Source: an uncultured Synechococcales cyanobacterium
GTDB taxonomy: Bacteria; Cyanobacteriota; Cyanobacteriia; Thermosynechococcales; Thermosynechococcaceae
Direction of reading: 5' to 3'
Length of the DNA stretch: 22,545 nucleotides
Assembly (NCBI GenBank): GCA_902806435.1
Contig: CADCWO010000249.1
Location: 1-22,545 of the forward strand
Shown here: positions 9,615 to 17,997 of the stretch, piece after piece
Layout: each line of letters opens with the position of its first letter
Numbering within the stretch: the first letter of the stretch is position 1
Program-made: the position numbers and the translations under genes
Notes under the pieces: generated by a model
Told to the model about the DNA's origin: nothing
What the model saw: the letters and a program-made list of their open reading frames with translations, nothing else
The model's database searches: none

Positions 9615-10667
9615 TTAGTTGAGTAGACCGAACAAAGCCATAATCAACGCTTGATTCTGCTGATCATTTCCTACTGTGATCCGCAATTTTTCACTTAACC
9701 CCAATTGGTTGAAGTAGCGAACTAAAATTCCCTGTTCCTTTAATGCCGTGTAAAGATATTCGGCTTGAGTGATCTTGGGGGTAGCAAGGAGGAAGTTTGC
9801 CTGTGAGTCTCTAACCGTGAAACCTAGTTTTTGTAAGTCCTTGGCCAATTCTGCTCGTGATACTTTTACTTTCTGCGCACAGGCGTTTTTGTATGCTTGG
9901 TCGCGCATTGCCGCTGCTCCAACTAGAGTAGCGATTGCGTCAATGTTATAGCTATCTTTTACCTTAAATAAGCCTGATAGTAGTTTGGGATTGGCAATTC
10001 CAAAGCCTAGGCGTAAGCCTGCTAACGAATAGCCTTTTGATAAGGTTCGCAGCACAATTACATTTTCAAACTCTTGCACCAAAGGTAGGGCAGAATATTC
10101 CGCAAAATCGACGTAGGCTTCGTCGATCACTAAGATACCTGATACCTGGGTAGCTAATTGGCGCAAATCTTCAAGTGGTACAGAATGACCAGATGGGCTA
10201 TTGGGAGAAGCAATAAACGTAATGGCGCCGTTGGCAGCGATCAGCTCAGCGAGCGGTAGCTTAAAATCTACAGGATAGGGAATTTCAACCACTTCCGCAG
10301 GCTGCATTGCTGATAGGGTGCGATACAACACATACGTCGGTACTGGGTAAACTACCTTGCGATCGCGTCCCTCTGCGCAAGCACGCACCAGCACGTTGAG
10401 TACATCGTCACTACCGTTACCCACAATCACCCAATCTGAGGGTACTTCCAGTGCTTCAGCCACGGCCTGGCAAAAGTCTCGCGCAAAGGGATCAGGATAG
10501 CGTCGTAACCACTCGCTATCTAGATGGCGTAAAACTTCCATTGCCTTAGGAGAAGGCGGATAAGGATTTTCGTTAGTGTTGAGCTTGATAATCTGGGTTC
10601 CTGGTTTTGGTTGCTCACCGGGAACGTAACCTGTCATGGCAGCAATAGCGGGACGGAAGTAGCTCAT
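9615..10667 (-). CDS. hisC: Histidinol-phosphate aminotransferase
   Basis: 350 aa. N-terminal ...NTNENPYPPSP..., PLP-lysine region LSKGYSLAGLRLGF. Confidence 0.9.
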   Translation of the reverse strand: MSYFRPAIAAMTGYVPGEQPKPGTQIIKLNTNENPYPPSPKAMEVLRHLDSEWLRRYPDPFARDFCQAVAEALEVPSDWVIVGNGSDDVLNVLVRACAEGRDRKVVYPVPTYVLYRTLSAMQPAEVVEIPYPVDFKLPLAELIAANGAITFIASPNSPSGHSVPLEDLRQLATQVSGILVIDEAYVDFAEYSALPLVQEFENVIVLRTLSKGYSLAGLRLGFGIANPKLLSGLFKVKDSYNIDAIATLVGAAAMRDQAYKNACAQKVKVSRAELAKDLQKLGFTVRDSQANFLLATPKITQAEYLYTALKEQGILVRYFNQLGLSEKLRITVGNDQQNQALIMALFGLLN

Positions 10668-10760
10668 GCAATAGTGCGTAAAGTCAAAACTGTTTATTTT
10701 AGGACCGAAAAAATTGAAGTATTTTTCTGAGACAAGGTTTTCAGTTCAAGTCGGGTAACG

Positions 10761-12347
10761 TTACTCAATCTGTGGTGTCAGTTGAAGCGTTCCCAAATCT
10801 AGATCCTCAGCGCTGCGCGATCGCACTTCAAATAGGGCCAACATATCTTCAAACTTTGGCTTGCCGCGCGAAGCCCCAGTTACACCCTTGGCAATGATCA
10901 AGCCACACCAGCCTTGAGTTTGGTTACACCGCTGGTCCCACTTTTTGCGGGCCTCTAGATGGACGGGGTCCACTTCGTTGAATTCACCAAATAGGTGTAG
11001 CTCTGCGTCCTTAGTTTGAAGAATTCCTAGATCGTAGCGTTCGCCATCTTCAGGATCTTCCCCAGGATTAAAACAAATTGCCTCTAAACCTCCGGCTTGC
11101 TTGATATCTGTAATTAGCGTCTTTGCCTTCGGCCGCGACGTTTGAATCAAGACAATTGGTAATCCCTCTCCAGCAGGGGTAACATTCCCTGGTTGATAGT
11201 GCTGAGCTCCTGTACGTAAATAGCTGACAATTTCCCAAGGCATAAACCCCAGACTGAGAAAGGAGTTTTTTGGCACCAAATCATCCCGCAGCAGCGGTTC
11301 TTCTAGCAGAAAATCTAATTCCTCTGCTGGTTCTACACCTGCCAACACTGCCATTGCCAGCAGCTCATCGGCTAATTCTGGCATTGTCTTAATTTTTACA
11401 GGTACAGATTGCTCTGTTTGGGGTACCTCGATCTGATAGTTGCTGCTCAGGGTTGGGAATTTTCCGGACAGCAGAGCTTTGTGCTGTTGAAAAAAGTGAT
11501 GTAATGCTTCTAGGGCTACTAAGATAGCAGTAGCTTCTTCCTCATAGAGATAAGAGCGTATGCCTTCTAGAGGATGCAAATTTCCAAAGCTGGGCTGGAC
11601 CGACATTGACACTTCTTCCCAGCTACCATCGGCATTCTCAAAGGTTACAAACAAGCAATCTTGTCCGAGAAATGCTTCCTCAAGTTGCTCCTCAGAACAA
11701 TCCATCAACATTCGCTGCCGAAATAGCTTTAAAGAATCTAGTGAGCGATAAAACAAGATACCGTACTCGACAAGCACAGAGATATATAGGGTCTGTAAAT
11801 CCCAGCGATTGAGTTCAAGGGCTAAGACGTGTTGCTCTGCCAGTAAATCCCAGGGGGCATCTTGCCAAATCTGCTCTGCTTTTTCTTCTAATTGTTGAGC
11901 GTATTGCGAGGGCAGTTGTGGTTGCTGAGTACTGGTGGCATCTTGGAGCCCCCTGAAAATTTCGTCAATTAGGGGAAGTGCCGGGGAGTAGTCGATTGCA
12001 ATGTCCATCTGTTGGAGTACTCCTCGCAGAAAAAATTGTAGCTCACGATCTCGAACGACAATTTTTTGGGGACGAGCTGGCTGAGCTGGACCGGAGGGAT
12101 GCTCCATCGCCTGGAGTAAAGTGCGAACCATCGCTTCTGGACCTGCTTCCGTTGTTACCACATCCATTGCCCGCACAACACCTTGGACGCCATCTACCCA
12201 GATTACACATTCCCCTTGGTCTGGCATTGATGAGAATGCTTCTAAATTCTCACCTACTGGTAGCGAACGGCGATCGCCTTCCCACACGCTAGAAACCTGG
12301 TGCAAGTTTTGTAAACGACGTCGTGTAGAGCGATTCAAAGTACTCAT
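10761..12347 (-). CDS. Hypothetical protein, 528 aa, no recognisable domain
   Basis: Long open frame with protein-like composition. Basic N-terminus, acidic middle, no transmembrane segments. Confidence 0.6.
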   Translation of the reverse strand: MSTLNRSTRRRLQNLHQVSSVWEGDRRSLPVGENLEAFSSMPDQGECVIWVDGVQGVVRAMDVVTTEAGPEAMVRTLLQAMEHPSGPAQPARPQKIVVRDRELQFFLRGVLQQMDIAIDYSPALPLIDEIFRGLQDATSTQQPQLPSQYAQQLEEKAEQIWQDAPWDLLAEQHVLALELNRWDLQTLYISVLVEYGILFYRSLDSLKLFRQRMLMDCSEEQLEEAFLGQDCLFVTFENADGSWEEVSMSVQPSFGNLHPLEGIRSYLYEEEATAILVALEALHHFFQQHKALLSGKFPTLSSNYQIEVPQTEQSVPVKIKTMPELADELLAMAVLAGVEPAEELDFLLEEPLLRDDLVPKNSFLSLGFMPWEIVSYLRTGAQHYQPGNVTPAGEGLPIVLIQTSRPKAKTLITDIKQAGGLEAICFNPGEDPEDGERYDLGILQTKDAELHLFGEFNEVDPVHLEARKKWDQRCNQTQGWCGLIIAKGVTGASRGKPKFEDMLALFEVRSRSAEDLDLGTLQLTPQIE

Positions 12348-12618
12348 ACGAACTAATTGGGTTGAGAATGCGTGCTAGTCGGGTTAGTTCTCATCTTAAA
12401 CACTATTACTTTTTATCCTGCACCGAACAATTACTTTGGGGTTTGTAATTAAAAGTCTAAGCAACTGGCATATCCTTGGGCAGCATTAAACTCAACCCTT
12501 ATTTAGCCCAGCCAGCTTTTGACTGAAGCGCTCACACGTTCAGTGCCTAATCTCGATAAAATAGATGGGCAAGCTAAGCTAGTGATCATTCCCATTTAAT
12601 AAGGAGCTATCTAGTCTC

Positions 12619-12975
12619 ATGACCCAAACAGCTCAATCTCAACAACGCGGGATATTGATGTCTGAGGCTGCCCTGAAGCATCTTCTGGCTTTACGTGACA
12701 GTCAGGGTAAGGACCTCTGCCTGCGGGTTGGCGTCAAAGGTGGAGGATGCTCTGGAATGTCCTATAGTATGGATTTTGAAGACCCCAAGAATATCCGGGA
12801 GAATGATGAAGTCTTTGATTACGAGGGCTTTCAAGTGGTAAGTGATCCTAAAAGCATGTTGTATCTCTATGGTTTGATGCTGGACTACAGCAATGCTTTA
12901 ATTGGTGGGGGCTTTCAATTTACGAATCCCAACGCCACCCAAACCTGTGGTTGCGGTAAGTCATTTTCAGCTTAA
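12619..12975 (+). CDS. A-type iron-sulfur carrier protein (HesB/IscA/SufA family)
   Basis: [11 protein letters not shown] and C-terminal CGCGKSF cysteine motifs. AAGGAG lies 12 nt upstream of ATG 12619; an alternative start is at 12655. Confidence 0.85.
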   Translation: MTQTAQSQQRGILMSEAALKHLLALRDSQGKDLCLRVGVKGGGCSGMSYSMDFEDPKNIRENDEVFDYEGFQVVSDPKSMLYLYGLMLDYSNALIGGGFQFTNPNATQTCGCGKSFSA

Positions 12976-13046
12976 CTATTCACAGGCAAGCTGTTACTAG
13001 CTGCGGGCGTTTCTAGATGTGCTAAGGATTAATAGACGGAATTGAT

Positions 13047-13469
13047 ATGATACAAACGGTTGAGGCACTTTTTGACCAAGCCATTGAGCGCTATAAATCT
13101 GGTGAATCTGTTGATGCACTGATCCCAGTGTTTAAAGAGGTTTGCGATCGCGCGCCTAAAAGTAGCCCGGCTTGGACTTGTTTAGCTTGGTTGTACCTAC
13201 TGACTGATAAATCAAACCAGGCCCTAAAAGTCGCCCAAAAAGCGGTGAAGCTTAACCCCCAAGATCCACAGGCGCGTGTAAATCTAGTACTAGCAATGCT
13301 GGAAACAGGTCAAAAGGGAGTACGTCAGCACATTGAGCTGATCCAGCAGATCATCACGGCAGCACCTGAACTTCAAGATGAAATCAGGCAGAATTGCGTG
13401 GACGGATTAAATAGAAAGCCCGATTGGCCGAACTTAGCCCGTGTCCAGGCTTGGCTGTTTTCAAATTAA
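13047..13469 (+). CDS. TPR-repeat protein
   Basis: 140 aa. TPR-like helices (AWLYLLTDKSNQALKVAQKAVKLNPQDPQA). 72 nt downstream of the IscA-like gene. Confidence 0.6.
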   Translation: MIQTVEALFDQAIERYKSGESVDALIPVFKEVCDRAPKSSPAWTCLAWLYLLTDKSNQALKVAQKAVKLNPQDPQARVNLVLAMLETGQKGVRQHIELIQQIITAAPELQDEIRQNCVDGLNRKPDWPNLARVQAWLFSN

Positions 13470-13550
13470 CTGCATGTGCGTTTGCAGAACTTTATATAGG
13501 TTTGCAAATTGCAACTACTGAATAAATCGTTAAACTTCTTATACTTTAAG

Positions 13551-13585
13551 AAAAAGCTTAGATTTAATGGTCTAAGCTTTTTTTA
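13551..13585. terminator. Intrinsic terminator, bidirectional (A-tract, stem, T-tract)
   Basis: AAGCTTAGA (13554-13562), 8-nt loop, TCTAAGCTT (13571-13579), flanked by AAAAA upstream and TTTTT downstream. Confidence 0.6.
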
Positions 13586-13904
13586 ACGCTTAACTAACAA
13601 AGAAGTCTATTTTTGCAAATAGATAAGAGCAAGGCCAAACCGAATACAGATAACTACAAAGTTTGTTTGTCTTCAAAGGTTCTTCCAAGCTAGTTGGTAC
13701 TAACTCTACAAGCTGTTATTTATTTGTTCAGGCGAAGAAACTTATCACAATGTTAAGCCAGATAATACTCCTGTACTAAAAGGCTAAAACACGATAAACC
13801 ACATAATTTAGTGAATAAAATATTGACTATATGGCTGCTCCGATATAGGGTGCAGCTTTTGATTGGCTAACTTTAACTTAACAAATGTATTAATATAAGT
13901 ACTT

Positions 13905-14159
13905 ATGAAAGACAAAGCTTTAAACTGGATAAACTTGGCACTTGTAGTTGATACTTTTGTGATATTGTTTAGCTTTTTGTGGCTAGTCGTTGCTTTACTG
14001 GGGCGTGCTAGTGGCATCCCTTTGGGACTTGATCTGTGGTATAAACTTTGGCAACCTGTGTTTACACCGGCACTCGGGATTTTGATGGCTGGCGCAGTAG
14101 TAAGCGGAATTGCCAGCTTAGTTAGCCGAACATTCTTTTCTCAAGAAAATAAACCTTGA
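13905..14159 (+). CDS. Hypothetical small membrane protein (84 aa, two predicted TM helices)
   Basis: Hydrophobic stretches LALVVDTFVILFSFLWLVVALL and ALGILMAGAVVSGIASLV. No SD. Begins inside the AT-rich spacer. Confidence 0.35.
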   Translation: MKDKALNWINLALVVDTFVILFSFLWLVVALLGRASGIPLGLDLWYKLWQPVFTPALGILMAGAVVSGIASLVSRTFFSQENKP

Positions 14160-14190
14160 AAACTATTTCCTGTAAAGGAAGAGGTTGAGT

Positions 14191-14484
14191 TTATAACAAA
14201 TCAAACTCATCTTCGTACAGGTTGTCTTGGAAATCATCTTCGTCGACTATAACTGGGTTTTGTAGTACCGCAACTTGAGCTTCGTATAAGCTCATCCATT
14301 GACCCAGGGTTTTTACTGTAGCCGGGGCCTCAAGATATCGTGCGAAGAACCACGGTGGAGATGTTGGTTGCGTGATCTCAGCTTTCACCCGGTAGGTGTC
14401 GCTGTCTTGGTAGTCAAGGTCGCTTGGGATATTAAGCCATACCTTCTGACCGATCAATTCATCTGGGGATAGCATAAGGCACAT
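14191..14484 (-). CDS. Hypothetical protein with acidic C-terminus (start may be Met4, MLSPDEL)
   Basis: 97-aa ORF with protein-like composition. No recognisable motif. Confidence 0.45.
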   Translation of the reverse strand: MCLMLSPDELIGQKVWLNIPSDLDYQDSDTYRVKAEITQPTSPPWFFARYLEAPATVKTLGQWMSLYEAQVAVLQNPVIVDEDDFQDNLYEDEFDLL

Positions 14485-14554
14485 CTCAAACTTAAATCGT
14501 CATACTAACAAGTTTAAAAGGTGTTGTTAAAGGTACTATACCTCTTAAGGAGCA

Positions 14555-14646
14555 ATGGAAATAGAAGCTTTACTCCTGGAGGAGACCAGTTCACCCACTG
14601 TGGTCGGCGCGGTGAGTCTTAACTTGGGGAGCCGCAGTAACACCAT
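14555..14646 (+). pseudogene. 5' fragment (about 30 codons) of a host gene truncated by the IS1-family element
   Basis: AAGGAG (14547-14552) and ATG 14555 are intact, with candidate promoter boxes upstream (-35 TTTAAA 14513-14518, -10 TACTAT 14534-14539). The reading frame runs MEIEALLLEETSSPTVVGAVSLNLGSRSNT into the IS inverted repeat and stops at TAG 14657-14659. Confidence 0.35.
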
Positions 14647-14673
14647 GGTGGTGTTCTAGACCTGTGGGAAAGG

Positions 14674-15135
14674 TTAAACTGCCCGACCAAACTCATAGCG
14701 GTTGATGAACAACCCAATGACAATGTCATGTAACCAGGTAGATTTAGAAAAACAAATCGTTTTGCGCGCTAAGCGCTTAATGCGAGTTCTCAAAGTCAAA
14801 TGCTTGCGCTCAATCTGCTGGGTGTTTGCTTTGCCCACGGTGTGCTGCTTCTCATCTAACAACCGGAGATAGGCTCCCCAACCATCTGTGTAAAAGTGCC
14901 TTAAGCCAAATGGAGCTAACAACTGTTTGAGTTCGGCCAACGCTGCATCTTGATGGGGTGCCACGACGTAAGCCAGCATTTGACCCGTCCGGTGGTCGAT
15001 GGCAGACCAGAGCCATCGTTGCTGTTTCTTAGACTTCACAAAGCTCCACATCTCGTCCATTTCAGCCTCTTCGACTCTCACCACCATCACTGGCTCTGTG
15101 CTGGCCTCTATCTGTTCTAAAAGAGGTTGATTCAC
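14674..15135 (-). CDS. insB: IS1-family transposase InsB (catalytic part; frame stays open upstream to the A-run at about 15163, for an InsAB' fusion)
   Basis: WSFVKSKKQQRWLWSAIDHRTGQ...FYTDGWGAYL...QQIERKHLTLRTRIKRLARKTICFSKS..HD.VIG align with the E. coli IS1 InsB signature, including the DDE-region TDGW motif. Confidence 0.85.
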   Translation of the reverse strand: MNQPLLEQIEASTEPVMVVRVEEAEMDEMWSFVKSKKQQRWLWSAIDHRTGQMLAYVVAPHQDAALAELKQLLAPFGLRHFYTDGWGAYLRLLDEKQHTVGKANTQQIERKHLTLRTRIKRLARKTICFSKSTWLHDIVIGLFINRYEFGRAV

Positions 15136-15139
15136 TTGT

Positions 15140-15451
15140 TTAAGATGACGGTCTTTTTTTTAACTCTTCAATCACGGTTGTGGGGCTAATCTTGAGCACT
15201 CGTGCAGTATCACGGATACCACTGCCGTTGAGTGCCATGTCGCTAATCTGCTGTTTCACTTCGGGTAAATAGCCTCGGTAGCTGTAATCTCGGATGAAGG
15301 AACGACGCGAACATTCCGCATTACGGCACCGGTAGCGCTGTTTTCCTTCATCACTTTTGCCATTTTTCACAACATTCGTGCTGCTACAGTTTGGGCAGCA
15401 AATCGGTTCAAGTACCATGATCTGAACCAGACTAGCTAAGGACTGCTCCAT
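15140..15451 (-). CDS. insA: IS1-family transposase InsA (zinc-finger/HTH N-terminal component)
   Basis: 103 aa. CxxC...CxxC zinc finger (CCPNCSS...RYRCRNAEC), MALNG...RDTARVL matching the IS1 InsA pattern, ends at the A8 run. Confidence 0.85.
   Translation of the reverse strand: MEQSLASLVQIMVLEPICCPNCSSTNVVKNGKSDEGKQRYRCRNAECSRRSFIRDYSYRGYLPEVKQQISDMALNGSGIRDTARVLKISPTTVIEELKKRPSS
15154..15163 (-). other. Slippery homopolymer (A8 on the coding strand, TTAAAAAAAAG) at the insA/insB junction
   Basis: The insB frame opens at TAA overlapping the A-run. As written, insB is +1 (-2) relative to insA, not -1. Confidence 0.6.
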
Positions 15452-15564
15452 TCTCTCACGAAATACACAGGTCTAGAACACTACCTTCATATCTTACTCC
15501 ATGACTTACTGGGACTATACACCTAGTGGCGCAGTAAGATTAACTAGCTTACTGCTGCAAGAAG

Positions 15565-16344
15565 ATGGATACCTTAATTCAGCTACAACCTCTGGATCTA
15601 GTGTTTGCTTTAGGGTTGATGGCCATCGCCATTGGCTTATCTGCCTGGCAAGGACTGGGGCTGGAGCTAAGTTTAGCGATTGCCACAGCCCGCACAGTAG
15701 TCCAACTTTTGGTTGTCGGCTCATTACTGGCAGTTGTCTTTGAGTGGCGAAACCCGGTGGCAATTCTGGCAGTAGTTGCTGTTATGCTCACTATCGCCAC
15801 AATTGAGACCCGCAACCGGATTGGCAAAAAGATCCCCGGCTTACTGCCCTTAGTTTGGGGTGCGATTTTTATCAGTACTGCCTTGACCCTGAGCTACACC
15901 ACACTTTTGGTGCTACGTCCCGAAACCTGGTACGACCCACAGTACTTGATTCCCTTAGCGGGGATTGTTTTAGGTAATACCATGAATGGCGCAGCGATCG
16001 CAGGGGAGCGTCTTGCTCGGACAATCCAGACTAGCCAACTTGAAATTGAAACCCACCTTTCTCTGGGGGCAACTCCCAAGCAAGCGATCGCCCGCTACCA
16101 GAAAGACGCGGTTAAAGCAGGTTTAATTCCGACTATCAATGCCATGATGGTCGTGGGAATCGTCACCCTACCTGGGATTATTACCGGGCAACTTCTGAGC
16201 GGAATCGACCCTCTAGAAGCTGCCTCTTACCAGATCTTGATCATGTTTATGCTGGCTTTTGCCACCTTGATCACTACCGTTCTAGTCACTCAGGGACTCT
16301 ATCGACAGTTTTTTAATCAAGCAGCACAATTAGTCGTGCGTTAG
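15565..16344 (+). CDS. ABC-transporter permease of the FetB/YbbM (UPF0014) family
   Basis: 259 aa, multi-pass membrane protein. Strong match to the FetB pattern: TVVQLLVVG, LSLGATPKQA, SGIDP, YQI, QLVV at the C-terminus. Confidence 0.75.
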   Translation: MDTLIQLQPLDLVFALGLMAIAIGLSAWQGLGLELSLAIATARTVVQLLVVGSLLAVVFEWRNPVAILAVVAVMLTIATIETRNRIGKKIPGLLPLVWGAIFISTALTLSYTTLLVLRPETWYDPQYLIPLAGIVLGNTMNGAAIAGERLARTIQTSQLEIETHLSLGATPKQAIARYQKDAVKAGLIPTINAMMVVGIVTLPGIITGQLLSGIDPLEAASYQILIMFMLAFATLITTVLVTQGLYRQFFNQAAQLVVR

Positions 16345-16349
16345 GTTGA

Positions 16350-16571
16350 TTAAATGCCAGGCTCGTAGTAGTCACTAGGCTTAATCTCGCCAATCGCATC
16401 TTTATTCTTATTGATGCAGCCAGGTTTCTGGGCATATTGGCAGACGCGGGCCCATAACATTGCTCTAGTGGCTGCCGGTCCGACAGAAAAAAGTACTTTA
16501 TCTTCTCCTCTAGGTAGTGTGAGGATTTTGACATTGCAGGCGGGGCAAACTTGCAGATTATTTTGGCTCAT
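16350..16571 (-). CDS. Hypothetical small zinc-ribbon protein (CPAC...C...C)
   Basis: 73 aa. Cys9, Cys12, Cys44, Cys52. Chosen over the two overlapping alternative-frame ORFs, which have junk-like composition. AAGGAG lies 15 nt upstream of the ATG. Confidence 0.45.
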   Translation of the reverse strand: MSQNNLQVCPACNVKILTLPRGEDKVLFSVGPAATRAMLWARVCQYAQKPGCINKNKDAIGEIKPSDYYEPGI

Positions 16572-16668
16572 ACCGCTTGTTAGTCACTCCTTTTGTTTTA
16601 CTTCTAAGTAGCTAAATGCCTTAGGCCGTTATGTTATTGACTAGCTAATCAGCGCAACTAAGAGCCAG

Positions 16669-17109
16669 CTATGCCAAAATAGCCTTGAGTTCAATTTCTG
16701 CTCCCCCACGCAGGACATTAGACACCGGGCAGGCTTTCTCAGCTTCCTCGGCAACCTGCTTAAAGGTTGCTTCGTCTATGCCTGGAACCTTTCCTCGGGT
16801 TTCAAGCCGGACTGTTGTAATCTTGAAACCACCTGACTCTAACCGCTCTAGGGAGCAGACTGCTTTTGTGTCAACGCTTTCAGGTTGATATCCCTTTTCA
16901 CTTAGGGTGTGGGCAAACGCCATACTGTAACAGGCAGCATGAGCGGCTGCAAGTAGCTCTTCGGGATTGGTTCCAGGAGACTGCTCAAACCGAGTTTTGA
17001 AACTATAGGGGGTATTTTGAAGAACACCACTGGCGCTGGTAATCTGGCCGTTGCCGCTCGGCAAACTTCCCTTCCAGACTGCTGTAGCAGTTCTCTGAAT
17101 TGTTGCCAT
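16669..17109 (-). CDS. OsmC/Ohr-family peroxiredoxin
   Basis: 146 aa. The two conserved cysteines lie in ...AAHAACYSMAF... and ...EKACPVSNVL... Confidence 0.9.
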   Translation of the reverse strand: MATIQRTATAVWKGSLPSGNGQITSASGVLQNTPYSFKTRFEQSPGTNPEELLAAAHAACYSMAFAHTLSEKGYQPESVDTKAVCSLERLESGGFKITTVRLETRGKVPGIDEATFKQVAEEAEKACPVSNVLRGGAEIELKAILA

Positions 17110-17136
17110 GTTCCCACCTCTTTGTGACTAGTTGTC

Positions 17137-17154
17137 GATAGCAACTGTGCTATC
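17137..17154. promoter_or_regulatory. Palindrome GATAGCA-N4-TGCTATC 28 nt upstream of the osmC-like start; candidate operator
   Basis: Perfect 7-bp inverted arms with a 4-nt spacer in the tetR-osmC intergenic region. Confidence 0.4.
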
Positions 17155-17229
17155 TTCTAGCCTACCTACCATTTGCCGATGTGTAGCATTTAAGACAAAG
17201 TTAATCGTTAGCTGAAGGGTTGCTGGAGC

Positions 17230-17862
17230 TTAGTCAGGAAAATACGGTTGAAGATAGCCGATCAGTAAGTTTTTGGTTTCAGCCAAGACCTGCTTCTGGA
17301 AGTTTTGATCTCGGGTTAGGGAAAGAATTTCGAGCACACTGGCAACTTCAACACATACGGCAGCGATCAACTCTCGTTCTTGCGGATCTTGTTCAGGATT
17401 GCGAAGAGCAAAGAAAGCTTCCAGTTGGTGAGCAACTTGGCGGTTAAGGTTTGCGTCCATCGCCAGAATATCGGGGGAAACAAATCGGGACTGCACAAAC
17501 ACCACGCGGTAGCCAGGATTAGCTGTGACAAACTGATCAAAGGCGTCAAGCACCTGGCTGATATAGCTACTTAGGGGCAGCTTCGCAGCCTCAGACACCT
17601 GAAAAGCAGCAAACAGCTCTCCGATTTGGTTCAAGTAGCGAGCAGCCAAGGCATGGAAGATTGCTAGCTTGTCTGGGAAGAAGCGGTATAGGGCACCAAT
17701 TGAAGTCTTAGCATGAGCGGCGATCGCGTTAGTTGTAGCAGCTTCGTATCCCACTTCTGCAAACACCTCCGCAGCCGCGTCTAAAAGCTGGTTAAACCGC
17801 TTTTGGCTTCGGGCTTGCTGGGGGAAGCGTCGCAGCCGTTCTTGGTTGGGTTGCTCCTTCAT
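17230..17862 (-). CDS. TetR/AcrR-family transcriptional regulator
   Basis: 210 aa. N-terminal HTH ...AAAEVFAEVGYEAATTNAIAAHAKTSIGALYRFFPDK... Confidence 0.9.
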   Translation of the reverse strand: MKEQPNQERLRRFPQQARSQKRFNQLLDAAAEVFAEVGYEAATTNAIAAHAKTSIGALYRFFPDKLAIFHALAARYLNQIGELFAAFQVSEAAKLPLSSYISQVLDAFDQFVTANPGYRVVFVQSRFVSPDILAMDANLNRQVAHQLEAFFALRNPEQDPQERELIAAVCVEVASVLEILSLTRDQNFQKQVLAETKNLLIGYLQPYFPD

Positions 17863-17872
17863 GCTACCGGTT

Positions 17873-17886
17873 CTTTGTTGACAAAG
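17873..17886. promoter_or_regulatory. Perfect palindrome CTTTGT-TG-ACAAAG in the tetR 5' leader; candidate autoregulatory operator
   Basis: 6-2-6 inverted repeat 11 nt upstream of the tetR start codon, in the divergent intergenic region shared with the membrane-protein gene. Confidence 0.4.
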
Positions 17887-17997
17887 CTGAGCTGGTGCTC
17901 ATATTTTAAAAAAGCGAGTTTCTGCTCATGTTTATTTCATTTATGACAGAGCATAGCTCCTGCCCGTGACTCATATATTTGTAAGAAGGTGAATTCA

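Larger units (their letters stand above)
14645..15487 (-). mobile_element. IS1-family insertion sequence, about 843 bp, apparently intact
   Basis: insA-like and insB-like ORFs in tandem on the minus strand. 20-bp terminal inverted repeats GGTGGTGTTCTAGACCTGTG (14647-14666) and GGTAGTGTTCTAGACCTGTG (revcomp of 15466-15485), 19/20 identical. Confidence 0.85.

Noticed and set aside
11560-12378. Several 60-100 aa plus-strand ORFs opposite the 528-aa gene
   Set aside because: All lie antisense within one long, coherent minus-strand ORF.
15501-15763. 80-aa and 82-aa ORFs overlapping the start of the FetB-like gene
   Set aside because: Checked whether 15501 is the 3' remainder of the IS-truncated gene. 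It shows no ABC-ATPase features and overlaps the permease start in another frame.
16313-16611. Alternative 73-aa minus ORF (16313-16534) and 66-aa plus ORF (16411-16611) at the zinc-ribbon locus
   Set aside because: Mutually exclusive with the 16350-16571 minus-strand frame, which alone has a cysteine-ribbon pattern and an upstream AAGGAG.
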